A DNA stretch of 64,000 nt, taken from Euryarchaeota archaeon UBA23. Its GTDB lineage: Archaea; Thermoplasmatota; Poseidoniia; Poseidoniales; Thalassarchaeaceae. Made by a program: the position numbers and the translations under genes. Numbering within the stretch: the first letter of the stretch is position 1; every line of letters starts with the position of its first letter. Below are positions 9,815 to 19,372 of the stretch, piece by piece. The notes under the pieces were generated by a model. It worked only from the letters and a program-made list of their open reading frames with translations, did no database searches and was not told the DNA's origin. The stretch lies in the NCBI GenBank assembly GCA_002498725.1, contig DAIJ01000008.1:5598-69597 (forward strand). Reading direction: 5' to 3'.

Positions 9815-11449
9815 TCATTCAATCACTTTTGGTGCGGCAGCTAAAACTGCATCTGAGCAACCTTCTTCATACTGTTCGAAGTTTTCTATGAACATTTGAG
9901 CCAATAAATTCGCCACATTGTCATAGCGAACTGTATCTGTCCAGGTTTCACGAGGCTGTAATATCTCATTTGGTATACCCTCACATTCAACTGGAACTGT
10001 AAAGCCAAATCGTGGGTCTTCTACAAATACCACATCATCAAGATCGCCTCTCAGTGCGGCATTAAGAAGAGTTCTTGTCCAACTAATTTTGATTCTACTG
10101 GACTCACCATATCCACCCGCAATCCATCCTGTATTGATAAGCCAACAATTCGCATTATGTTCACTGATTTTTTTCGACAGAAGATCGGCATAGATACTTG
10201 GATGTCTTGGCATGAATGGAGCACCAAAACAAGTAGAGAATGTTGCCTGAGGTTCAGTAACCCCTATTTCTGTACCTGCAACCTTAGCCGTATAGCCTGA
10301 CATGAAATGATAAGCAGCCTGTTCTGGATTTAATCTAGATAGAGGGGGCAATACACCAAATGCATCACAGGTAAGAAATACTACATTCTTAGGATGGCCA
10401 GCTGTTGAGTCTTCTGTTCTATTCTCTATTGCTTCAATTGGATAAGACCCTCTAGTATTCTGAGTTAAGGTGCCATTATCAAAATCGGGTATTCCTTCTG
10501 CGTCTAGAATTACGTTTTCAAGAATTGTTCCTGGCATCCTAGTTGTTGCAAATATCTCTGGTTCGTCGTCTTTTGAAAGCCCTATCAACTTAGCATAGCA
10601 ACCTCCTTCAAAGTTGAATACCCCGTCAAATGACCAGCCGTGTTCGTCGTCTCCAACCAATGCCCTATTGGGATCAGCAGAAAGAGTTGTCTTACCAGTT
10701 CCAGATAAACCAAAGAATAAGGCGGCATCTTGTCCGTCGGTATTAGCAGAACAATGCATTGGCATTATTCCCTTGGTAGGAAGTATATGATTCATGATTG
10801 TAAATATAGCCTTCTTAATTTCTCCAGCATAATGAGTTCCTCCTATTATTACTAATCCACGATCCAGAGCTAGTATGACAAAAACTTCGGAGTTCACTCC
10901 ATCTACGTTTGGATTAGCACGCAACTCAGGTGCATGAAGGATTGTATACTCTGGAATATGATCCACTAGATCCTGAGAGTCACTGCGAACGAACATATTG
11001 TGATAGAATGCAGCATGCCAAGCCTTCTCAGTAACTAGGCGAACTGGCATAGAATAGTTCGGATCTGCACCGCAATGTGCATCTTTAACGAAAATCTCAT
11101 CTGCATCATTAAGGTGGTTCTGAACTTTCTGTAATAGTCCTTCAAACACATTTCTACTAGTTGATTTGTTTACTGAACCCCACCATACTTGGTCAGCAAG
11201 ACCTGGTTCATCGACAATAAATCGATCATTGGGGGATCTACCTGTGCGTTCTCCTGTGGTTGCTAGTAATACATTATGAGCTGTAAATTGTGCTTCGCCT
11301 CTCTTTACCGCAATATTATGTAATTCATCGGAATTCAAGTTCCAATGAACTATTCCTGCCGGGTCTAATCCATGAGAAGCGAGAGGGGTAGCGAAAACTG
11401 CTGATTCGGACGAGCGGGTGGTGCTCTCCATGATTATTGACGCTACCAT
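9815..11449 (-). CDS. pckA: Phosphoenolpyruvate carboxykinase (ATP)
   Basis: Strong full-length similarity to bacterial ATP-PEPCK: GRSPNDRFIV, kinase-1a GLSGTGKTTLS, GDDEHGWS, NFEGGCYAK, NTGW. True start may be the downstream Met (MESTTR...). Confidence 0.9.
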   Translation of the reverse strand: MVASIIMESTTRSSESAVFATPLASHGLDPAGIVHWNLNSDELHNIAVKRGEAQFTAHNVLLATTGERTGRSPNDRFIVDEPGLADQVWWGSVNKSTSRNVFEGLLQKVQNHLNDADEIFVKDAHCGADPNYSMPVRLVTEKAWHAAFYHNMFVRSDSQDLVDHIPEYTILHAPELRANPNVDGVNSEVFVILALDRGLVIIGGTHYAGEIKKAIFTIMNHILPTKGIMPMHCSANTDGQDAALFFGLSGTGKTTLSADPNRALVGDDEHGWSFDGVFNFEGGCYAKLIGLSKDDEPEIFATTRMPGTILENVILDAEGIPDFDNGTLTQNTRGSYPIEAIENRTEDSTAGHPKNVVFLTCDAFGVLPPLSRLNPEQAAYHFMSGYTAKVAGTEIGVTEPQATFSTCFGAPFMPRHPSIYADLLSKKISEHNANCWLINTGWIAGGYGESSRIKISWTRTLLNAALRGDLDDVVFVEDPRFGFTVPVECEGIPNEILQPRETWTDTVRYDNVANLLAQMFIENFEQYEEGCSDAVLAAAPKVIE

Positions 11450-11576
11450 TCCCCTTTCAACTATTGTGGAGATAAGGGATCATCGAAGGGATGCGATTAT
11501 CGGGAGATGCTTGCCCTGTAAGGACGTGGAGAAAGAAGAGCCAGAGGATCCTGTGATCCGTGCGCGGCGATTTAAG

Positions 11577-14500
11577 ATGGGAGATAATCTAAACCTTGAT
11601 GATTTAGATTTAGATGATTTTGTAAAATCTTCAATACCTTCAGAGAAAGAAAATAAAGATCCTGAAATTGATGAGGCTTTAGGGGATTTATTCGATCCTT
11701 TTGCGAGTCCTAAATCAAGTGATCCGGGGACTATAAGTTTGGATGGAAGTGTACTATCTGCTCCTGAAGGCGACGTGATATCCTCTATGGCTCAGGAAGG
11801 TGAACGGAGGGTTAATTGGGCCATGATGGTGGCTATGATTTTTGTTTTCAGTGCTCTAAGTTTTGTTGCGGGTACTGCTTTTCCACCAATAATATCGATA
11901 ATTCTTCTGATTGCTCTTGCTACAATTGGATTTACTTTTGGAGAACGTTGGGTTCCTAATCAAGAATTACATCTACTCGGAGTGACTTGGGTAATTATTT
12001 CAATGAAAGTACTATATGGTTTAGCAGTTGAATTAAATCATTGGGAACTTGGTAGTTTTTTGCCTATTTCTGTTGAATTACTGGGTATTGTACTTCTCTT
12101 ATTAGTTGCACTAAACGTATTCGTTTCATATAGATATAATCATGATGCAATTGCTGCTCAAGCCACACTGGTTCTGCTTTCAATAGGATCTACTGCTGGA
12201 TCAGTAGGAGGGGAAATTGGTGTTGCAATAATGATTCTAGTTGCAACTTTACTTCTACATGGATTAGCATGGCATAGAAACTCGGGCAATCTTGCAGCAC
12301 TAGGTATTGCAGCATCTAATCTGTGGATTGGAATGCATGCCTTGACAGATGGATTTACAGCGGGTTCTCTCGTAATTGAACCACTAGATACTCCACTCAT
12401 TCTATTCGTATTACTACTTGTTATAACGGCAATAAACGCAGTAATGGCTGCAAAATTTGCACGTGAAGAAAATTGGTTTTCTACTGGTTTTGATGCTGTA
12501 GGACTTGGGAAACCTGGACTTTGGGGGGTGTCAATTTCAATGGGTATGGTTGGCGCCTTACTTACTGTAGCAAGTGGGAGAGAAGACATAGGTTACGCTC
12601 TAGGCATGGTAACATTTCTTGGTGCTTCATTTGGTGGTTCATATCTTGTAGTAAGAGGTGTTGAGGCAAAGCGTGTAATTTTACCTCTTTCAATAGGTGG
12701 AGGGGTGCTTACAACAATTCTTTCTCTTGGTTTTTCCATGGAGCCAATTTTACAATTTGATTCTTATGAAACATTCACTATACTAGCAAGTATACTTACT
12801 GGCTTTGTAATGCTAAGAGATCAACATAGAGTTACTGATAGGGTGCTGTGGGTTGGAGCAATTGCAGTTCTAATCCTATTAGTTGTGTTAATACCTGTAG
12901 AATCAACTGAGAATGGAGGAGATGGTGGAGTAGTACTGCTAGTGCTATTATCAATTCTTCACATAGGTACCGCCTCACTAGCGCTTTTGAGAAAAGCACC
13001 TTCTCTTGCTGGAGTTACAGTTTTACTACCTTGGACTTGGATTGTAATTGAAGAACTTATAGAAGAAACAATTCGTACCATTTTGATAGCTAATGACATA
13101 TTAGATCCTGGTTCAATAATCGAGTTTTCGGCGGAGCCTCTGGCCGTATATCTTGGTATTTCTGCAATATTGATGATGGTAGTTAATCTAAAAATGGGTG
13201 AGAAAGGCATTAACCTTGCATCGGGTTTTCTTGGTATAACAGAAATTTCTGCTTCAATAAGAGATTCTGGGGCCCTTCAACTATGGAGTATGGGGTTATG
13301 GATCCCATTAGTAACTATACTAGTAATGTCTCAATTGGGCGGATTTACCGGGCCAACATTGCTCGCATTGACCTCTCTATTATTCGCATTACATATTGTT
13401 GTTGAATTCCTAGGACGGAGGGTCGGTAGCCCAGTCACGATGCTTGCAACTATGGCTTTATCTGCATCAATATTGAGTTGGAGACATGGATTCAATGAAC
13501 TATGGATGATTATTACCGCATTTTCAGTATTCTCAGTTTTAGCTCGAACAGATACAAGCAAAGAAGCAACCTATACCAACGGAATTGCTCTAGTATCTCT
13601 GCCGATTTTAGTAAGCATCTCATCAAAACAACCAGTAATTATTCTACAAGAGACAGCCTCTGTTCCTAACTTTGACATCTCAATGATTGCGATTATATGT
13701 GCTGGCTTGGTTCTTTCAATATACTTGCCAAAAGCAGAAAAAATGGAAAAGTTATTGAAACCGGCTGCGGCATCTTTGTGGCTACTAATTTTATCAATAG
13801 GCCTCTCCTTACAAGAAGAAGCAGTATCGGCAACCTATCTTGGAATTGGATTCTTCGTGATATCTTCTATTTGGCTTGTTGCGCGTGGAGAAATACGGGC
13901 TGAAATCAAATCAATGACAATACGTGATGCTAGGGTTGATTTAGCACGTAAATCAAAAACACAAGCAGCAACTCTTGGAACTGGACAGATATCTTCCTAT
14001 GATACACGAATAGCAGAAATGCAAGCAACACGCAAAAAGAAAAGAGAACTAAAGGAAACTGAAAATATTGAAGAACTCTACACTACAGATGTAAGCCATA
14101 ATCCACGTATTGTAACAATGATCTTGATGATAGTTCTATTCACTGGAATTGTAAATGGATTCTTGTTTGGGCCTTCACCAGCAGTTATTTTCTTAATTGG
14201 CGCATTTTCTATAATTCTCATATCCATAGCAAGACAACGCACTAGAAGTATGTCTCTTGAGCTCCCAACTATTTTGGGAATTGAATTACCAATTGCAATC
14301 AGTATTGGAGGTATGTTGGGTATTCTTCTTGCAGGGCATCTAAATCCAGGATCTAGTAATCGTGAATTATTCGACTTATTGGTAGTGATAATTCTAATAT
14401 TAATATTCTGCATAATATCAATTTGGAAAAATAAGAACTTACTTGATAGAATACCAATTGCATCTGATTGGTTCGTATTACCATTATCTCTAGGCCTTAT

Positions 14501-15275
14501 CATGGGTGCAATAATGGTAGAATCTCTACCTGCTCCATTTACGATAGACCCTCTCGATGGTGAACTATTAGAGTGGAGTATCCCTTTACTAGTACTTGAG
14601 AGCATTCTCATACTCTTTGTTGGTATTGACTTGTGGATTGGCTCAAAGCGTGATAATGCCGGAAGAGAGACACAGCATAGTAGTTCAGGTAGAGGTTTTC
14701 GTGTTCTATCATATGCAATATTATCTTGGGGTCCAGCAGCAATTACTGCAGTGTTAAATGCTGTTTACCAAGGATACAAGAAAAAACAATCTGAAGCAGT
14801 AGGTATTTCAATTTTAGTTGCACCTATTGCTCTAATCTCTTTATCCAATTTAATACCAGAAATAAGAGATTTTATTCCTGAATTTTGCTACTTACTTGGA
14901 CTTGTAATGATCATAGTAATTGGCTCTTCAATCCCATCAAAAAATGGTCACTGGACAATGATGGCAGTAATTGACTCACACATTCTTATTATTATTGCAA
15001 TAATCACTATCGGAGAGCCTATGCTGATACCTGTTTCATTCTTTGTCTTATCCACAATAATATGGATTGTTGGCATTCTACAGCTTCGGAAAATTTTACG
15101 CATTATAGGACTAATAGATCTAATCCTAGGGGCCGGCCTTACTCTCCTAATATTCGGAAGTTCATCTGACCTAGGAGGTATCGGTCTATTTGCTCTCCTT
15201 GCAGTAATTGGTATTGAATTAGCACTTATCACATGGCTAAGTCAGAGAAATGAAAATGCCTTACTCAAAGATTGA
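11577..15275 (+). CDS. Very large polytopic membrane protein (~1,230 aa, >30 predicted TM helices) with acidic N-terminal region; function unknown
   Basis: Long ORF dominated by hydrophobic helices (ILLIALATIGF, LLLLVALNVF, and so on). N-terminal DNLNLDDLDLDD acidic stretch. Start set at ATG 11577; the track start 11418 would overlap the divergent pckA start. Confidence 0.6.
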   Translation: MGDNLNLDDLDLDDFVKSSIPSEKENKDPEIDEALGDLFDPFASPKSSDPGTISLDGSVLSAPEGDVISSMAQEGERRVNWAMMVAMIFVFSALSFVAGTAFPPIISIILLIALATIGFTFGERWVPNQELHLLGVTWVIISMKVLYGLAVELNHWELGSFLPISVELLGIVLLLLVALNVFVSYRYNHDAIAAQATLVLLSIGSTAGSVGGEIGVAIMILVATLLLHGLAWHRNSGNLAALGIAASNLWIGMHALTDGFTAGSLVIEPLDTPLILFVLLLVITAINAVMAAKFAREENWFSTGFDAVGLGKPGLWGVSISMGMVGALLTVASGREDIGYALGMVTFLGASFGGSYLVVRGVEAKRVILPLSIGGGVLTTILSLGFSMEPILQFDSYETFTILASILTGFVMLRDQHRVTDRVLWVGAIAVLILLVVLIPVESTENGGDGGVVLLVLLSILHIGTASLALLRKAPSLAGVTVLLPWTWIVIEELIEETIRTILIANDILDPGSIIEFSAEPLAVYLGISAILMMVVNLKMGEKGINLASGFLGITEISASIRDSGALQLWSMGLWIPLVTILVMSQLGGFTGPTLLALTSLLFALHIVVEFLGRRVGSPVTMLATMALSASILSWRHGFNELWMIITAFSVFSVLARTDTSKEATYTNGIALVSLPILVSISSKQPVIILQETASVPNFDISMIAIICAGLVLSIYLPKAEKMEKLLKPAAASLWLLILSIGLSLQEEAVSATYLGIGFFVISSIWLVARGEIRAEIKSMTIRDARVDLARKSKTQAATLGTGQISSYDTRIAEMQATRKKKRELKETENIEELYTTDVSHNPRIVTMILMIVLFTGIVNGFLFGPSPAVIFLIGAFSIILISIARQRTRSMSLELPTILGIELPIAISIGGMLGILLAGHLNPGSSNRELFDLLVVIILILIFCIISIWKNKNLLDRIPIASDWFVLPLSLGLIMGAIMVESLPAPFTIDPLDGELLEWSIPLLVLESILILFVGIDLWIGSKRDNAGRETQHSSSGRGFRVLSYAILSWGPAAITAVLNAVYQGYKKKQSEAVGISILVAPIALISLSNLIPEIRDFIPEFCYLLGLVMIIVIGSSIPSKNGHWTMMAVIDSHILIIIAIITIGEPMLIPVSFFVLSTIIWIVGILQLRKILRIIGLIDLILGAGLTLLIFGSSSDLGGIGLFALLAVIGIELALITWLSQRNENALLKD

Positions 15276-15366
15276 ATTTTGGTGCTTTCCCGATCATCCA
15301 TTTTTATGGTTCGAAAAGAAACACGAAATACCAACCTTGATGACTGACGGGCGATGGTAGCATATC

Positions 15367-16323
15367 GTGTCAGGCAGTTGGATATCCGATACCCCGGATG
15401 AAGTAGAACATCCAACAGTGCCACTAGGGATCAATGAAATGACAATTCCAAGAGCCGCAATACTACTTTCTTTAGCAACAGCGGCATTACTAATTTTATC
15501 GACGATTGTAGTTGGATACAGTGCCTACGTTTTCGCTACAAAAAATGCTGAAGCATTTACTCCTACTGACGTTGATTTGATTAAAGACGGAGAAGGAAGA
15601 TGGTTATGGGAAGTTGATCTTCTATTTGATACATGTAATTCTAGACTTGATGATTGGGACTGGCCTGATAGTCTCTCAGAACAAGATGATGAGTTCCTAT
15701 ATCCTGGGGAATTACGTTGTGATTGGGAACATCAAGGACAAGGAGATAGAGCTGTTGTTGTTATTTACAATAGAGGTATTCAATCACTTGATTTAGTTCT
15801 AGAAATTTCGGGAGGTGGTGTTGTTTTTGAAACCGAAGGTGATGCTGACCTAACACTCGATACTATTGCAGGAAATGGTACCGCTTTCATAGAACTTGAA
15901 TTAAGTGATGATGTTACCGAACATGATATTTCAATTATAGCAACACACCTACAAGTTATTGAAGCGGAAGTTATTCTTGATGTACATATCTTTGAAGGAG
16001 TCAATAATAGAGAAATTCACACTACTGATGGAGATAACCTCGAAGTACATTACAAGGTTTGGAATGCCGATACTGATGAACTTCTAGATGAAGGTGATCT
16101 TCCTGTCACTGCTGGAGATCAAGACAATTACATAGAGGGTTTTGGATGGTCTGCAATAGGGCTTGATATAGATGATGATCGTGGTCTTATCCCGGGCATA
16201 GATACTGGAACTACCCATACTACTCTTCTTCCACCACAGATTGCCTATGGCAATAGTGATGGACATGAATTAGAAGATGCTTGGTTGCGTTTTGAATTAA
16301 AGGTCAACAGGGTAACCATCTAA
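15367..16323 (+). CDS. Acidic extracytoplasmic protein with single N-terminal signal-anchor helix; unknown function
   Basis: One TM helix (AAILLSLATAALLILSTIVVGYSAYVFA) followed by a highly acidic D/E-rich domain. Alternative ATG start at 15439. Confidence 0.5.
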   Translation: MSGSWISDTPDEVEHPTVPLGINEMTIPRAAILLSLATAALLILSTIVVGYSAYVFATKNAEAFTPTDVDLIKDGEGRWLWEVDLLFDTCNSRLDDWDWPDSLSEQDDEFLYPGELRCDWEHQGQGDRAVVVIYNRGIQSLDLVLEISGGGVVFETEGDADLTLDTIAGNGTAFIELELSDDVTEHDISIIATHLQVIEAEVILDVHIFEGVNNREIHTTDGDNLEVHYKVWNADTDELLDEGDLPVTAGDQDNYIEGFGWSAIGLDIDDDRGLIPGIDTGTTHTTLLPPQIAYGNSDGHELEDAWLRFELKVNRVTI

Positions 16324-16356
16324 CTGAAATAAAGACGAAAAAGACTTGACCTCTAC

Positions 16357-17679
16357 ATGGGAGCGATAAACATGAATAATAAGGAGGCCAATCACTTTGC
16401 TCTTGATCCATCAGAAGAGGTCGTGAAGCGTGCAAACAAACTTTGCAAGGCAACTTCTAATCGGAAAGGAGAACCAAAATTCTACATTACTGAAGAAATG
16501 AGTAGGTTATCTACTCCATGGTCAATAGCTCAAGCACGTGCTAATCAAATTGATCCCGACTCACTGCCTGCAGGCGTTATTCTTGATGCTGCTGCTGGTT
16601 CTGGGACACAACTTATTGCATTTACTCAAGGCCTTAAAAGGCCTGGTTTAGGAATAGAATTAGATCCTGAAGTGGCTTTGATGTGTGCGGCAAATATGTA
16701 TATTTCATCGTCAAAAGATGATCTGCAGAGATCGATGGATAGGGTGTTGATCGGAGATGGAACAGATGCCGAAAGTGCAATAGCCTCCTATTGGAATAGT
16801 CTTCGTCAATCTGGCACACGTGCTCATCCACCAGTAGCTATGTTACATCTTGACCCCGCACGCCCAACAGATGCTCAACGTCATGAAATTGATGAAATGC
16901 AACCATCAATAACTCCGTTACTAAAGGCATGGTCAACACATCTTGAAACTGGGCCACGTGGTCCTGCTATTCTTCTTGATCTGTCACCGAGATTAAGCGA
17001 AGAACAAAGAGCACTTGTTGATGCAATCTTAGAAACGTCATTCCCAGGTACCCCGCGCACTTGGGAATGGCTTAGTCAGGGTGGTGGAAGAATTGATCGA
17101 CTATCTGTATGGGTAGGTTCAATATCCTCACTTAAACCTGTTAGATGTGTTAGAATGGGGCGTAAAAAAGTAATGGCAACTATTGAAGGGAGTCCAAGAT
17201 CAAGTGAAATTACTAAACTAAACAAACCACCACCATATGGAGCTTGGATTACTATATTAGATCCCGCTCTTATCCAGTCTGGACTACATGAAACGTGGTT
17301 AGAAAAAGTATTGCATGAAGATGCAGGTAGTTCTTGGCTAAGAATGGATGGAAGAAGGCCCTTGTTAATTAGTACTGAGCCGCTAATTATTGATGAGGAA
17401 ACTGAAGCTTTTGTAATAGCAAGTGGAGAAATTGTACAACACAGACTTAGCCCGCCTGAACTAAGTACAATTCAATTGGTTTCTGATGCATGCGAGCGAG
17501 CAGGCATAGGAAAGGTCACCCTACGTTGTTCATTAGACCCTGAAATTCATCCGACTCTACAACGTCGTTTAGATAAGGCCCTAAAAGAAGTTGAAGGCCC
17601 TAGAGGGTTCATGGTTGATTTAGATCTTGACAGAGGTAGTGGTAGTCATACTCTATACATTGTTTGTCGAGAGAAGTGA
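16357..17679 (+). CDS. Class I SAM-dependent methyltransferase (Methyltransf_15 / Tgs1-like core with C-terminal THUMP-like region), probable RNA methyltransferase
   Basis: Motif I VILDAAAGSGTQLIAF, motif II GIELDPEVA, motif IV-like LIGDG. About 200 aa C-terminal extension. Confidence 0.55.
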   Translation: MGAINMNNKEANHFALDPSEEVVKRANKLCKATSNRKGEPKFYITEEMSRLSTPWSIAQARANQIDPDSLPAGVILDAAAGSGTQLIAFTQGLKRPGLGIELDPEVALMCAANMYISSSKDDLQRSMDRVLIGDGTDAESAIASYWNSLRQSGTRAHPPVAMLHLDPARPTDAQRHEIDEMQPSITPLLKAWSTHLETGPRGPAILLDLSPRLSEEQRALVDAILETSFPGTPRTWEWLSQGGGRIDRLSVWVGSISSLKPVRCVRMGRKKVMATIEGSPRSSEITKLNKPPPYGAWITILDPALIQSGLHETWLEKVLHEDAGSSWLRMDGRRPLLISTEPLIIDEETEAFVIASGEIVQHRLSPPELSTIQLVSDACERAGIGKVTLRCSLDPEIHPTLQRRLDKALKEVEGPRGFMVDLDLDRGSGSHTLYIVCREK

Positions 17680-17808
17680 ATAAAATATCATTTTTAGGCG
17701 AAAAATGCGCCCCGTAGGGGCGTCCGTCTGATTCAAATAGAGAAGGTAGGTCGGCTGGATGCCCTATGAGGGCCATCGGGCAACCGATGAACACGGGGGA
17801 ACCGTACT

Positions 17809-18276
17809 ATGACAAAAGTGAATGAAACAGAACTTGGAGATGATTTCTCCTACATCCTAAGGCTTGCAGAATCTGATATTGACGGACTTAGGCCTATCGC
17901 TCAAGGGCTGACTTCAATAAATGGAGTAGGTCAAAGAACTGCTGTACAGATATGCAGAATGGCAAATATAGATGGTGCGAAACTTGGCGGGCATCTAAAT
18001 GAAGAAGAGCAAGATAGGATTAGAAGCACAATAGATGAATATGCTATCAATGTACCTTGGTGGTTAGTAAATAGACAGCGTGATTTGCAATCAAATGAAG
18101 ATGCGCACATCATTGGAACTGAAGTAAAACTAACTCGAAATGATGATGTTTCTCGTTTGGCGGCGATTAAGACATATCGAGGTATCAGACATCGCAGTGG
18201 CCACAAGGTTCGTGGACAGCGATTAAGAAGTAATGGCAGAAGTGGAAGCACATTAGGTGTGCAGAGGAAAAAGTGA
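17809..18276 (+). CDS. rps13: 30S ribosomal protein uS13 (archaeal S13p)
   Basis: 155-aa archaeal-length S13: SINGVGQRTA, GIRHRSGHKVRGQRLRSNGR C-terminus. First gene of an S13-S4-S11-RpoD cluster. Confidence 0.9.
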   Translation: MTKVNETELGDDFSYILRLAESDIDGLRPIAQGLTSINGVGQRTAVQICRMANIDGAKLGGHLNEEEQDRIRSTIDEYAINVPWWLVNRQRDLQSNEDAHIIGTEVKLTRNDDVSRLAAIKTYRGIRHRSGHKVRGQRLRSNGRSGSTLGVQRKK

Positions 18277-18286
18277 GGTGTGAAAT

Positions 18287-18982
18287 ATGGGGCATCCTAA
18301 ATTTGCAAGACCAAAAACTCAGACACCTACTCACCCATGGAAGGCTGCTCGTATAGAAGAAGAGCATGCATTAAAACAGCAATTCGGCTTGAAGAAAGTT
18401 GGCGGTATGCGAGAAATTTGGAGAGAAAAATCAGCACTGAGAAGACACAGGAATCAGGCTATGAAACTAATTGGAAGGGTGGATTCTTCAGAAGGTCACT
18501 ATTCTCGTGAAAAAGAAGACCTGATCAATTCATTATATCGTAAAGGCCTCTTAGCCGAGGGATCTAACGTAGACGATGTTCTACAAATTACTGTAGAACA
18601 TATGCTGGCAAGAAGATTACAATCAGTCGTTTACTACCGAGGACTTGCACCATCAATGAGGGCTGCAAGAAATATGATTGTTCATGGCCATATTTCTATA
18701 GGAAACCAAAGAATGACTGTTCCTGGTTACAAAATTCTGAGAGATGAAGAAGAAATTCTTGGATACAGTGCTAACTCCCCTTTTTCCAATCCTAAGCATC
18801 CATTCAGAGAAGAAATGGAACAACTACGTATGACTCGTATGAATGATGAAGATGAAGAAATTGAGGAAGTTGGCGGAATAAAAGCAACTTCTGATAATGA
18901 TGATTTTGTAAAACAAATAAAATCTGATGAGAGTAATGCTCCATCAATTGAAGATACAATACCTGAAGGAGGCGACGAATAA
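18287..18982 (+). CDS. rps4: 30S ribosomal protein uS4 (archaeal S4p) with unusual ~55-aa acidic C-terminal extension
   Basis: Archaeal S4 N-terminus [18 protein letters not shown] and S4 RNA-binding domain ([35 protein letters not shown]). Acidic tail follows: [20 protein letters not shown]...IPEGGDE. Confidence 0.85.
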   Translation: MGHPKFARPKTQTPTHPWKAARIEEEHALKQQFGLKKVGGMREIWREKSALRRHRNQAMKLIGRVDSSEGHYSREKEDLINSLYRKGLLAEGSNVDDVLQITVEHMLARRLQSVVYYRGLAPSMRAARNMIVHGHISIGNQRMTVPGYKILRDEEEILGYSANSPFSNPKHPFREEMEQLRMTRMNDEDEEIEEVGGIKATSDNDDFVKQIKSDESNAPSIEDTIPEGGDE

Positions 18983-19362
18983 TGTCTCACAAAGCAATTC
19001 TACATATTTTCAGCACATACAACAATGTGTTAATTACTGCTACTGATCTTACTGGTGCTGAAACTATTGCTAAAGTCTCAGGTGGCATGGTAACTAAGAA
19101 AGGAAGTGATGCTGGTGGACAATTTGCGGCAACACGTGCGGCTGAACTTGTAGCAGAAATGCTTGCTGACAAGGAATTTAATCAAGTAATCGTGAAATAT
19201 AGAGGCGCAGGAGGAAATCGATCACATAGTGCACCTGGTGCTACAGCTGCTATACGTGCTCTAACTCGTGCGGGTGTTCAAATTACTAGGATTGAAGATG
19301 TTACTCCTATACCTACGGATGGAACAAAAAAGAAGGGCGGTCGAAGAGGCCGAAGGGTCTGA
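18982..19362 (+). CDS. rps11: 30S ribosomal protein uS11 (archaeal S11p)
   Basis: [41 protein letters not shown], basic C-terminus. Start overlaps the rps4 stop by 1 nt. Confidence 0.9.
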   Translation: MSHKAILHIFSTYNNVLITATDLTGAETIAKVSGGMVTKKGSDAGGQFAATRAAELVAEMLADKEFNQVIVKYRGAGGNRSHSAPGATAAIRALTRAGVQITRIEDVTPIPTDGTKKKGGRRGRRV

Positions 19363-19372
19363 GGTGATTAGA

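Noticed and set aside
11418-11576. N-terminal 53-codon extension of the large membrane protein ORF
   Set aside because: It would overlap the divergent pckA start by 32 nt. The internal ATG at 11577 gives a sensible divergent promoter spacer.
17680-17808. Possible tRNA or C/D-box sRNA between the methyltransferase and rps13
   Set aside because: There is no cloverleaf, no T-loop GTTCRA motif and no proper C/D box pairs. Only two imperfect hairpins are present. It is treated as an operon leader or terminator.
19268-19372. Upstream extension of the rpoD ORF overlapping rps11
   Set aside because: It lies in a different frame within rps11 coding sequence. ATG 19373 sits 10 nt after the rps11 stop and has a GGTGAT SD.
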